Virus record (IMG/VR): IMGVR_UViG_3300009149_000001
Coordinates: 1 to 64,000 of that record
Length of the DNA stretch: 64,000 nt
Source: a virus
Reading direction: 5' to 3' (one strand)
Shown here: piece by piece, positions 41,758 to 51,081 of the stretch
Numbering within the stretch: the stretch's first letter is position 1
Layout: each line of letters opens with the position of its first letter
Translations under genes and position numbers: made by a program
Notes under the pieces: model-generated
The model's input: the letters and a program-made list of their open reading frames with translations, nothing else
What the model was told of the DNA's origin: nothing
Databases searched by the model: none

Positions 41758-42510
41758 CTAGGCTAAGCCGCCAGGAATGTTATTGAACCTTTCGATAGCA
41801 ATACCATTTCTGACTGAATCCTTTACATCTTGTCTACAATGTTTAAGGATGTAGTTAATTGACTTTTGCCATTGGGGGCTGTCTTTAAATCTCACCTTAT
41901 ACCAATATTCGAGTTCAACGAATGTTTTATCCGAATGACCTGCAACTATTAGGTTTAGGTTGTTTAAAGTATTACGGTTGGCCTTTAGGGTTGTTTTCAT
42001 CTTTCTCCATGTATCAGAGAATTTAAGTTTACCATAGTCAGGAATGAGCTCTGGTTGATCAGTTAATAAACATCTTGATCTAAAGAAAGGCATATCAAAT
42101 TTAGTTGAATAATGGCCTTCTATCATGTCACAGTCCTTCATGCAGAGAGAGAGATTCTGTAATAGGACTCTATCAAAGTTAAAGTTATTTTTTGCAACAG
42201 CGGATGAAATGTCTTTTTTAGAAATGTGGTATTCAAAAGATTCTTTTTTATTGGTTACAATATCACGACGTGTAAAGCAAAAGCATATCATGAAATTTTG
42301 ATATGGATTAAAGTCTGAGGTTTCAATGTCCCAATAACCAATGTATCTAATACCGCGTTCTAAATATCTGACTTGAATGTCAGTTAATTTCTTTTTAAAT
42401 TTCTTTTCTAATATTCTACGATCTGCTTCAAATTTAAGTACACGTTTCTCATATGCTGATAAAAATAATCCTTCTTTACGTTTTTGTTTTAATTCTGATT
42501 CCAAAGACAT
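41758..42510 (-). CDS. DEDD / RNase H-like 3'-5' exonuclease
   Basis: WDIETS, GHYSTKFDMPF, HCRQDV. Confidence 0.85.
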   Translation of the reverse strand: MSLESELKQKRKEGLFLSAYEKRVLKFEADRRILEKKFKKKLTDIQVRYLERGIRYIGYWDIETSDFNPYQNFMICFCFTRRDIVTNKKESFEYHISKKDISSAVAKNNFNFDRVLLQNLSLCMKDCDMIEGHYSTKFDMPFFRSRCLLTDQPELIPDYGKLKFSDTWRKMKTTLKANRNTLNNLNLIVAGHSDKTFVELEYWYKVRFKDSPQWQKSINYILKHCRQDVKDSVRNGIAIERFNNIPGGLA

Positions 42511-42617
42511 AATTTAATAATTAAATAGTACTATTAGTATTCTATGGATAGTCTAAAAAAAGGTTAAAATCCTTCTGACCATTTTGCAGTAAATGTAGAC
42601 TGTGTTGAGATATTTAA

Positions 42618-45461
42618 CTACTCAGCCCAGAATTCTGTCATATCCATAGTAATAGTATCACCTGCACCATCATCCATGAACACCTCAACTGTGTGTCTAT
42701 CTGATGATAATGCTGAAACATCAATGGTTCCAGTTTTAACTTCAAAGGCAGCACTAGTGGTGGTTAATACTAGAGAATCTGATGCTGAACCATCTAATCT
42801 AATTCTAATATTTGCAGTTGTACCCACATTACTGGTTTTTATTCTAACTGCAACAGTTAAAGTCTGGGCATCAATTGTTGCTGCATTTTTAATAAAATCT
42901 ATATTCTTAACTTCTGTTGCTGTAGTTCCAACAACTGTAACTGGAGTTGAATCTGCACCTAATAATGCTTTACCACCACCACCATCTTGGAAGGTTGGTG
43001 CTGCTCCTGCACCATTTGAGGTTAACACTTGTGTTGCTGTACCCACAGCTACTGTTGTTGGAGATCCTGCTGCATCCCAAGTGATAAGTTCACCATCTGT
43101 TCCGTTTGCTAACATGGCTACATCTACTGCACCTGCTGCGATTGTAGTAGCATTACCAACTGAAGTTACATCTCCTGTTAAGTTTGCGTTAGTTGTAACA
43201 TTACCTGATGTTAGACCTGCTGCTGTTCCAGTAAGATTAGTTGCTACTCCAGATACTGGTGTACCTAGTGTTGGAGAAGTTAAGGTTAATCCTGCTATTG
43301 TTGTGTTTGTTGAACCAGATGCAATAGATGTGCTACCTATTGTTGGTGCTAAATATGAAGCTACAACTGCCCATGTATCGTCACCTCTAAGGAATGTAGT
43401 TGCATCTTTAGTTCCTGTTGCTGTAAGTCCTGTAGTTGCTGGTAATCCAGTTGCATTAGTTAAAATACTTCCTGCTGCCACTGTTCCTAATACTGGTGTT
43501 ACTAAAGTAGGACTTATTAATGGTGCTTTAAGATTTAATTGTGTTGTAACTATTGCTGGCACATTAGGTAAAACTACAGTTCCAGTGAATGTAGGACTTG
43601 CAAGTGGTGCTTTACTAGCAATAGTACCAACACTTGTTACAGATGCATCATCATAAGCGTTTGTATCTGCATTACTTTCATATTGAGTTTTAATGGTTGC
43701 TGGTGTTAAGTTTGCTTGTGCTATAATCCAATGTGATTCTAATGTTGCTGTATCTTGTTTTGCAATAATTGAATCTCCTACTTCGAGTGGTATTGTAAAG
43801 AATGTACCAGCGACACTTGTTACATAATGATCTCCCTTAGTAATTGCAATAGGAGTTGTATCTAAATCAGGAGAGTTTGTACTTGCATTATAATCACCTT
43901 TTAATGTAATATCACTAGTTAAAGCAGTACCAATTTCAGTATCAACATAGGCCTTTACTGATTGTTGTGTTGGAACTCTTGTATCTAAATCACTTGCCAT
44001 ATTATCTTCATCAATAGCAATACCTAATCCTGCTGTAGTTGTATCTGATAACATCAATGCTCCTGCTGCATTTACATTAGTTGCATCTGTTACATCTGCG
44101 AGTGCTTCTATGCCATCTACTTTAGTTTGTAGAGCAGAGCCTGCTAATCCTGCTGGAGTAATTGTTCTAAGGGCATCAGTACCAGTATTAATTTCTGTTA
44201 TTGTTGCTAATTCTGCTACACCTGAAACAGTTGAACTTGCTGCTACTTCATCACCTGTATTAGTTCCGCTGGTATTTTGTAAAATAGTTTGTTCAGCATC
44301 AGTAATTGTATTTGTATTTGCCTCTAATTCTAAAGCGGTTTTAATTTCCGCCCCTGTTTGGTCAGCGGTTGCACTTGCTTCAATAGCATCAAGTTTAGCA
44401 GACCTTGCAGACCCCTCAATATCTGCACAAGTTACCGCCCTTGTTGTATCTGTACCCGTATCAAGTTCAGCAATGGTTGCAAGTTCTACAACGCCCTCAA
44501 CGGTTGCACTTGCTGAGACTTCATCACCTGTGTTAGTTCCTGATTGATTTCCTAATGTAGTTACATTAGCATCAGTAAATGCATTTGTATCTGCATTTAA
44601 TTCATATGCTGTCTTTATTTCGGCATTACTTTGATCTGCTGTAGCAGAAGCTTCAATACCATCTAATTTAATTTTATCTAATTTTGGCATTAACCCATGA
44701 AGTAAGGTAGTTGCATCTCTAGTAGTGATATCTGTTGCTGCAGCCATTGAATCTATTGTATTAGTTTTTACTTGAGTATCAAAGTTTGAAACAGTTGAGG
44801 CTAATTGAGTACCTGTATGATTGACTCTAGCTAATGGATCTGTTGCAAGTTTACTTAAATCAATAGCTGCACCAGCTTTAATATCAGCATTTTCAATATT
44901 TGTTATACTATTACCTGTGCCATCTGCATTAATTGTCTTATTTGTTAAAGTATGAACAGATGTATCAGTTAATACATTAGCACCAATATCTAAAGAATCA
45001 GCATTAGCAACAATGTTACCTGTAGTACCAATAGCATTAATAGTATTAGCTGTTTTGGTTAAACCAGTACCAGCTGTTATCTGACCAGTACCTGTAAATT
45101 GTGTAAATGTTAAAGATGTGGTATCAAGTGTAATAGGATCATTAGTTGTAATAACAAAACCTTGATCTGCATTTACAGTTCCTTCTTCAATCCATAAATA
45201 CATTGATGATGTTAATTTTTCATTATTATTTGCATCTTCTGATCTTGACCATGCCCCAGAGGAAGTGACATAAATACCATTATCTTCACCTGAAGATTGG
45301 TCTTTAACTAGTACTCTGGATTTACTTGTAAGAACACCATCAATGGTTTGTTCACCATATAATGTTAAATTACCAGTACTTGCGACTTTAACGGAATCTT
45401 TAACATCAAAAACTGTTGGGATTTTAACTTGATCTAAAGTCCGCTTGTCTAAATCAGCCAT
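42618..45461 (-). CDS. Large mosaic fibre/adhesin (head or tail fibre)
   Basis: SVKVAST.NLTL.GEQTIDG...RVLVKDQ...NGIY N-terminal module; repeated DGIEASATADQ..AEIKTA and GV.ELAT..E..TGTD units. Confidence 0.8.
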   Translation of the reverse strand: MADLDKRTLDQVKIPTVFDVKDSVKVASTGNLTLYGEQTIDGVLTSKSRVLVKDQSSGEDNGIYVTSSGAWSRSEDANNNEKLTSSMYLWIEEGTVNADQGFVITTNDPITLDTTSLTFTQFTGTGQITAGTGLTKTANTINAIGTTGNIVANADSLDIGANVLTDTSVHTLTNKTINADGTGNSITNIENADIKAGAAIDLSKLATDPLARVNHTGTQLASTVSNFDTQVKTNTIDSMAAATDITTRDATTLLHGLMPKLDKIKLDGIEASATADQSNAEIKTAYELNADTNAFTDANVTTLGNQSGTNTGDEVSASATVEGVVELATIAELDTGTDTTRAVTCADIEGSARSAKLDAIEASATADQTGAEIKTALELEANTNTITDAEQTILQNTSGTNTGDEVAASSTVSGVAELATITEINTGTDALRTITPAGLAGSALQTKVDGIEALADVTDATNVNAAGALMLSDTTTAGLGIAIDEDNMASDLDTRVPTQQSVKAYVDTEIGTALTSDITLKGDYNASTNSPDLDTTPIAITKGDHYVTSVAGTFFTIPLEVGDSIIAKQDTATLESHWIIAQANLTPATIKTQYESNADTNAYDDASVTSVGTIASKAPLASPTFTGTVVLPNVPAIVTTQLNLKAPLISPTLVTPVLGTVAAGSILTNATGLPATTGLTATGTKDATTFLRGDDTWAVVASYLAPTIGSTSIASGSTNTTIAGLTLTSPTLGTPVSGVATNLTGTAAGLTSGNVTTNANLTGDVTSVGNATTIAAGAVDVAMLANGTDGELITWDAAGSPTTVAVGTATQVLTSNGAGAAPTFQDGGGGKALLGADSTPVTVVGTTATEVKNIDFIKNAATIDAQTLTVAVRIKTSNVGTTANIRIRLDGSASDSLVLTTTSAAFEVKTGTIDVSALSSDRHTVEVFMDDGAGDTITMDMTEFWAE

Positions 45462-45463
45462 GA

Positions 45464-45847
45464 TTAAGATTGGCCCTTATGCCAGATATTTACATTAGTG
45501 GTTAATGAAGTATGTTTAATTTGAACTATAACTCTTGAATAAGGATTTGATAATGTTTCCACAGCTGGGGCTGTGCCAGTTGCAACACTAGTTGAAGATT
45601 TTAATACAACCCAGCCTTTATCATCATCATTGGTACCTGTAGGATCTACTATATTAGCATATACCCCTAGATTACCTAAAATCTGATAATCTAAATCCCC
45701 GCCTGTTTTATTATGAATTATAAAAGTAGAATCTCTAATTGAACTAGTTGATACATCTAAAGCTGTTACAAATGAAGAAGTAGTTGCTTTATCTAAAATT
45801 TGGTCATGTTGAATGGTTACCCCATTCCCTAGTAATACTGACGTCAC
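45464..45847 (-). CDS. Putative virion beta-sandwich protein
   Basis: 127 aa, beta-rich, upstream of the fibre gene. Confidence 0.55.
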   Translation of the reverse strand: MTSVLLGNGVTIQHDQILDKATTSSFVTALDVSTSSIRDSTFIIHNKTGGDLDYQILGNLGVYANIVDPTGTNDDDKGWVVLKSSTSVATGTAPAVETLSNPYSRVIVQIKHTSLTTNVNIWHKGQS

Positions 45848-45869
45848 GTTTTATAATAATATTTGTTCA

Positions 45870-46550
45870 TTAAGTAGGTTCTTGGCCACGACAGGGCTGG
45901 ATTTAAGGCGTTGTCTATCTAAATAGCTCGGATGTTGTGAGTTCAGCGTTTCAGGGAGTTTTTCTATTTCTAGACCGAGAGTCACCTGAATCATCATCTC
46001 CAGCATAGAAATGCATTCCTATACCTTTACTATCAGGGCCGAGCCCGGTTCTTTCTCAATATCGAGGGATAATTCACGTTCACAGGTAATCACTCCCATT
46101 ACTAAACTTCTCGCCTCTGTCAGGATTTATAGGATGGCAACCCTATGAGTGTTTATGACTGATTAATTTCAACCTGATTTACTCAGATAATAGTAACTAA
46201 TTAATATGCGATATAGTAGCGGGATCCTATAGAAGGACGTTAGTCTTTATATGTATGGGTGAGTTGATGAAACCGACTTCCACACATGCTATCTCTCTAA
46301 GTACAGGTTTTGCCTGTAAGCATTCGGCTACGGGAGTTATCAACTTCACAACACCAAATCTAGAGGAACAACGTAACGTATAATATACTAGTAATTAATT
46401 CAATGAATAGCTTATGGCCATTAACCATACTTCTATGGCTTTTCACCATATGGACCCTTGAGACCCTTAAATATTGAGAAAAATCGTATACAAATGTGTG
46501 CCCTCAGCGACCTACGTTCCCTACTATGGTGAGGGGGATCGAGGGCAAAC
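45870..46550 (+). ncRNA. Candidate structured non-coding RNA region
   Basis: No ORF of 60 aa or more; helices TACAGG/CCTGTA, ATAGG/CCTAT, GAGTTGATGA/TTATCAACTT, TGCCCTC/GAGGGCA; G-U pairs favour the + strand. Confidence 0.45.
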
Positions 46551-46574
46551 CGGGGTATATAAACTTTTATTTTT

Positions 46575-46593
46575 AATAAGGTAATACCTTATT
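46575..46593. promoter_or_regulatory. Perfect 9-bp inverted repeat, candidate operator
   Basis: AATAAGGTA-A-TACCTTATT next to a minus-strand TATA box at about 46555-46565. Confidence 0.45.
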
Positions 46594-46636
46594 CTTTTAA
46601 GATTAAAATAAAAAAATAAAAAAAGATTATATTACC

Positions 46637-46906
46637 TTATTCTTTTAAGGTAAAATAATATTGTTTAGGTGAACCTACCCGAACTATAATATTTTGTTTT
46701 CTAAGTTCTGTTAACACATGGTTAATGTGTTGGGTACGTTTACCTAACTTCTCTGAAAAGTTTCTTTGTGTAAAACTTGTATTAGGGTATTCTTTGAATA
46801 CCTTAATCATAGTTTCTTTTAAACTATTTTCAGTAGTTCTAACGACCTGGTTTTCTAAATCTTTAAACTTAGAAACTAGGTCGTTGTCTTTTTGAACATT
46901 TGTCAT
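46637..46906 (-). CDS. wHTH protein, paralogue 1
   Basis: FTQ..F..KL.KRTQHINHVL..L.K..II.R.GS.KQYYF; own TATA motif at 46926-46947. Confidence 0.85.
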   Translation of the reverse strand: MTNVQKDNDLVSKFKDLENQVVRTTENSLKETMIKVFKEYPNTSFTQRNFSEKLGKRTQHINHVLTELRKQNIIVRVGSPKQYYFTLKE

Positions 46907-47246
46907 TAACTATAGTAAGTAATAAGGGTAATATAAACCGGTGTATTAACCCAACCTTCTTATAGTAAGTCGCGCGGCACCCATTATCTTTTCCTAATAT
47001 AAATGTTTCATCCATGTAGCCCCTCGCGCGTAGACACCCCCCTCAATACGACGGTCTATATAGCCCGGGGGGGTATAGAAGGTGAGGGTCTAGAGTCCCC
47101 TCCCACGGGTGCTTCTTTTTTGTCCCGGGTTTGGTTTCGGCTCCGATACTTTATCTAACCCGCGGTTCTATATGAATGGTAGTAACGGGAGCTTCGAGAC
47201 CCGGTCCAATACTACGGTATATATTAGGGAAGAGATTAGAGTAAGT

Positions 47247-47348
47247 ATGGAAGAGAAAGTTCAACTCACCGCAATGGAACAGTTCTTTGTGGGTGAGATA
47301 ATCGACATCGCGGTATTCGCGGAAGTTCAAATCGCCGAGGGCGATTAA
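47247..47348 (+). CDS. 33-aa acidic microprotein (cassette)
   Basis: Repeat motif TATA about 25 nt upstream; T12 tract after stop. Confidence 0.6.
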   Translation: MEEKVQLTAMEQFFVGEIIDIAVFAEVQIAEGD

Positions 47349-47415
47349 CTTTTTTTTTTTCTCTAAGTCCCCATGCAATACGACCATTCATATAACGAAA
47401 CAGATAAGATAGATT

Positions 47416-47574
47416 ATGAAATATCTCAACGATGTAGTAGCTTTTTATGAAGAGCTATTAAAAGATGTAGAAAAAGAAAAACTAGTAAGAGCAGTAGTAA
47501 TAGAAATGATAAATGATATTACTATTGAGAATGTTAGTTTTAAAAACTTAAGAAAAGATTTATTTAAAGAATAA
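47416..47574 (+). CDS. 52-aa microprotein (cassette)
   Basis: MKYLNDVVAFYEELL...; motif upstream, T tract downstream. Confidence 0.7.
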   Translation: MKYLNDVVAFYEELLKDVEKEKLVRAVVIEMINDITIENVSFKNLRKDLFKE

Positions 47575-47978
47575 ATTTTTTTTTTATTTTTTTTAGGTGT
47601 TTGTCGGGTGAAAAACTTTTGCCTCTGATTCTAATATCTACTTTCCCTTATATGAATGTTTAATCGGGTGAGGCCTTCGAAGACATGTCTTGTCCCCTCG
47701 CGGCGGGTGACTTGGACTTTTGTGAGTTGAGTGTGAGAAGGGGTGAGTGGAAGGTGACTCCACTCGTTTTCACCTTTTCCCCTTTTCGTGGTGAGGCGGC
47801 TGCTCGGGGTGAGAATCTGTGTCTCACCACGGTCCTAGGACACTTCCGTGTCGTCGCACTCCGTTCCTCATTAGGATCTATTATCTAATCACCGTACCGT
47901 TATATGAATGGTAGTATTGGAGTTGAGTCCGGGGCCTCCTTTCCTACCAGTTATATTAGGGAAGAGATAAGTGATAAT

Positions 47979-48113
47979 ATGACACAACGAATAAGTCAAA
48001 GTCGATATGAAGTAATAATCTTCGGAAAAGTCGATGAAACGTATAATGAAAAATATTATACGATAGGTGGAGTAAAGAATAGAATTCGAGAATTAGAAAA
48101 ACTCGATTTCTAA
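47979..48113 (+). CDS. 44-aa microprotein (cassette)
   Basis: MTQRISQSRYEV...; motif upstream, T tract downstream. Confidence 0.7.
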   Translation: MTQRISQSRYEVIIFGKVDETYNEKYYTIGGVKNRIRELEKLDF

Positions 48114-48252
48114 TTTTTTTTTAATTTTGTGAGGTGAGTTCGTTTAGCCACTGATTCTAATATGTACGAAGGATAATATATATGTTTCATCTGAGTCGGG
48201 GGCCGGAACTCCAATACTACCAGTTATATTAGGGTAGTGTGTAGTATAAGGT

Positions 48253-48429
48253 ATGAGAGAAAGATATGAGTTGAGTAGAGAACTCCTTCACACCCTTCAG
48301 GGTGTTTGGGATGAAGAGGGTGAGAGTTTCTCCTTCGTTCTCTTCGTACTCTCTCAACTCCAGAAGGAGGATAAGTTAAGTCTCCGACACGACGAAGAGA
48401 AGAACGAGTGGATCGTAAAGATTCCTTAA
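48253..48429 (+). CDS. 58-aa microprotein (cassette)
   Basis: MRERYELSRELL...; motif upstream, T tract downstream. Confidence 0.7.
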   Translation: MRERYELSRELLHTLQGVWDEEGESFSFVLFVLSQLQKEDKLSLRHDEEKNEWIVKIP

Positions 48430-48559
48430 CCTTTTTTTTTAATTTATCGGGTTGAGTTTTTTCGACTCTGATAGATAAGAAGATGAAAGGGTAATATAAA
48501 TGTTTCATCAGGGGAGCCCCCAGCCTACGGTTTATATAACCCAGGCGGTTAGTGTAAGT

Positions 48560-48751
48560 ATGAGAGATGAAAGCCTCCTATGGCAACTCAAGAAGCGAAA
48601 CGCAGCAAAGACACATTGTCTCCGCGGCCACGAGTTGCCAACACATCGCGATAGCCACGGCCGTCGCTTTTGTAAGAAGTGCGATTGTATCCGCGCCAAG
48701 CGAGCAAACGCAATCGTTCAAGCCAACAAGCACAAGTTGTGGTTTGAATAG
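48560..48751 (+). CDS. 63-aa zinc-binding microprotein (KTHC.RGH...CxxC)
   Basis: Motif usually found appended to HNH endonucleases; cassette structure. Confidence 0.72.
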   Translation: MRDESLLWQLKKRNAAKTHCLRGHELPTHRDSHGRRFCKKCDCIRAKRANAIVQANKHKLWFE

Positions 48752-48814
48752 TTTTTTTTTTTACCTAAGTCAGCAATTACTACCATTCATATAGAGCTAA
48801 TGTGTATGTATATT

Positions 48815-48961
48815 ATGACACAAATAACAGATGGAGAAGATCTTTTGTTCCTCGCAAAACTCGCACAGCGAGATGGCTGGAGCAAAACAAAATTCGCAAC
48901 TTTCGCAGGCATCCACCCGACGGCCGCTGGATACCTCTATGACACGGAGGCTATCGCATGA
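48815..48961 (+). CDS. 48-aa HTH-like microprotein (cassette)
   Basis: GWSKTKFATFAGIHP; motif upstream. Confidence 0.6.
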   Translation: MTQITDGEDLLFLAKLAQRDGWSKTKFATFAGIHPTAAGYLYDTEAIA

Positions 48962-49248
48962 GCGATGCGTGTGTCTTCGGAAAGTGTCGGAGGTGCGGAC
49001 AAGTGAAGTGCTCCCACGCGGACAAGACCATGGAGGGTGACCTATGACGTGGTATCATTGGCAAGGCAAGTGGTATTCAAAGTCCACACTGGACGTGAAT
49101 GGACTTAGCACGTTTGGGTTGTCGAGGTCACGAGTGTGATACTTGGTGGTTGGCTGCTCCTGGCACTCGTGGTTGGGGTTGCCGCCTGGATGGCGATGTG
49201 AACGGGTCCAATACTACCACTTATATTAGGGAAGGTGATAGTGATAGT

Positions 49249-49392
49249 ATGGTGAGAGCAACAATCACATTCACACTCGAGTATCCCAATGACGCACCTA
49301 TGTCAATTCTCGAAAGTGAAGCAGATGAAATGCAACAAGCACTCCAAGACGAGTACGAGGTTGAGGTAGACACTGAAGTCTGCTTCAACTAA
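49249..49392 (+). CDS. 47-aa acidic microprotein (cassette)
   Basis: MVRATITFTLEYP...; motif upstream, T tract downstream. Confidence 0.68.
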   Translation: MVRATITFTLEYPNDAPMSILESEADEMQQALQDEYEVEVDTEVCFN

Positions 49393-49593
49393 TTTTTTTC
49401 TATAGGCAAGCGCAACATTCATATTAGCCTTTCACCTTCTTATCTAGTTGAGTTAAATTTTTTTAAAAAAAAAAAATTCATAAAATCCTATAAGTCCCCA
49501 CTGGGCTTTCCCCGCGGAAAGGGCGGTGAGTCTAGTATATAAGGGGCGCCGCAATCCTACCAGTTATATAACGGAAGCGATATATTATATTTA

Positions 49594-49872
49594 ATGACAA
49601 ATCAAAAAGCAAGCAGCGACGAAAAAATCTTAGAATCTTTTAAAGATTTAAAAGATCAAGTAGTCGCTCCTAATGCAAATAGCTTAAGCGAAGTTATTAT
49701 GAAGGTATTCAAAGAATATCCTACTACTAGCTTCACTCAAGGAAATTTTGCAGCTAAGCTTTCTAAGAGAACGCAACATATAAATCATGTGTTAACAGAT
49801 CTTAGAAAGAAGAACCTTATTATAAGGGAAGGTTCTGCAAAACAATATTATTTCAGATTAAATTCTGAATAA
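49594..49872 (+). CDS. wHTH protein, paralogue 2
   Basis: Closely similar to 46637..46906 (KVFKEYP.TSFTQ, KRTQHINHVLT). Confidence 0.85.
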   Translation: MTNQKASSDEKILESFKDLKDQVVAPNANSLSEVIMKVFKEYPTTSFTQGNFAAKLSKRTQHINHVLTDLRKKNLIIREGSAKQYYFRLNSE

Positions 49873-50114
49873 TTTTTTTTTATTTTTTTTAAAGTCTCAA
49901 TCCGACCATTTATATTAGCCTTTGTGATAATAAGAGTGGCGTTTAGAAGTTTGTTCCGCGTTTCCCCCCGCATAGTAGTGGGTAATACCTTTATTCCTTA
50001 CTTTAATTAATTTTAATTGATAAAATCCTATAAGTCCGCCCCCGCCCGTCGCGTAGGACTTGGCGGAATGCCCGCATACGCGCTGCCCGCCGTGCCCGTG
50101 CTGCCCTTGCCCTT

Positions 50115-50975
50115 GGGGCGGGCACTACATAAGCAGTTTTGGTCGGCCCTAAAATGTATATTCTTTGGGCGGGCCCTACAATAGGGGGTTTTGGTGGACT
50201 AAAATGGGGCGGTCACTACAATAGAACTCTTCACCGGCCCTAAGGTTCCTTTGTCGGGCCCTACAATAGCAGTTTGGACGTGGCCAAAAGTGCTTTACCG
50301 TCCCCCTGACCGACCGGGTCACTATATAGCAAACACAAGACATATATGAACCACAGCAGGCCTATACGCAGCTATATAGAACTATATAGTTAAGGCGGGT
50401 AAAGTGTTCCACCGATTAGTCAGAGGAAAATATTTATATAGTAGTTTTGTTAATAATATGTAATGACAAATCAAGTAAAAGTTCCAATGGGTCCAGTTGA
50501 GGCAAAACCTGCAACTAAGACTATTGGGGCAAAGAAAGGCGTAGTAGAGTCATTTGAGGACTTAAAGGGACAACAAGTACCAACCGGTGCAGAAATGTCT
50601 ACAGGTTCTAATGGGGCTTTAATCGTCAAAATCTTTCAGGCATATCCTGACACTGTATTCACACAGAGACAGTTCGTGGACAGATTGGACATTTCAAATC
50701 CGTTCGTCAACCACATTCTACACGGGCTAATGAAAAAGGGCATTGTGAGCAGAGTCGGCAGTCCTAGAAAGTACTATTATTCATTAGTAGTCAAATCGGT
50801 CCAATAGGGCCTTTTTTTTATTTACGGTAGAGGGGGCACCTAGGGCATTAGTTATTCCTACTTAGCGGACACTACATAAGGGATTTTGGTGTGGCCAGAA
50901 TTCATTGTGGTTTATAGGGGCAACAGATGTCTAGTAAGGGCGAGCAATACAACAGCGATTTCATTGTGGCCAAAA
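50115..50975 (+). repeat. Iteron-like direct repeats CGG(G/T/A)C(A/C)CTACA(A)TA(A)G
   Basis: Copies at about 50123, 50174, 50214, 50259, 50320 and 50870, after a GC-rich TGCCC-repeat patch. Confidence 0.65.
50463..50807 (+). CDS. wHTH protein, paralogue 3
   Basis: YPDTVFTQ...VNHILHGL.KKGIVSRVGSPRKYYY. Confidence 0.85.
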   Translation: MTNQVKVPMGPVEAKPATKTIGAKKGVVESFEDLKGQQVPTGAEMSTGSNGALIVKIFQAYPDTVFTQRQFVDRLDISNPFVNHILHGLMKKGIVSRVGSPRKYYYSLVVKSVQ

Positions 50976-51081
50976 ATTACTATTTTTCCCCCGATTATCA
51001 ATATAATAATATTTATATATTAGTAAAAGAATATATAGTAATGACAAATAGAAATAGAAAAGTCCTAAGGAGCACCAAGGC

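Larger units (their letters stand above)
46926..49923. repeat. Dispersed array of about 18 TATA-containing promoter-like repeats in both orientations
   Basis: Consensus CAATACTACCA(G/T)T(T/C)ATAT(T/A)A or GATGAAACATTTATATTA; + copies near 47044, 47206, 47376, 47943, 48211, 48524, 48774, 49208, 49413, 49552, 49898; - copies near 46926, 46993, 47166, 47641, 47897, 48171, 48489. Confidence 0.85.

Noticed and set aside
42676-44547. Long + strand ORFs (326 aa and 145 aa) and similar shadows over the tape measure, MCP and polB
   Set aside because: Antisense or alternate-frame shadows of well-supported genes, with no motifs of their own
47109-49392. ORF-track starts at 47109, 47904, 48500 and 49099
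   Set aside because: These extensions run through the promoter motifs; the downstream ATGs at 47247, 47979, 48560 and 49249 fit the TATA spacing
46637-49872. Z-alpha (Z-DNA-binding) assignment for the wHTH paralogues
   Set aside because: INHVLT resembles INRVLY, but the key Tyr and the wing Trp are missing; kept as generic wHTH
46926-49923. CRISPR or mini-CRISPR array
   Set aside because: The repeats are degenerate, occur in both orientations, are irregularly spaced and separated by ORFs, and contain TATA boxes
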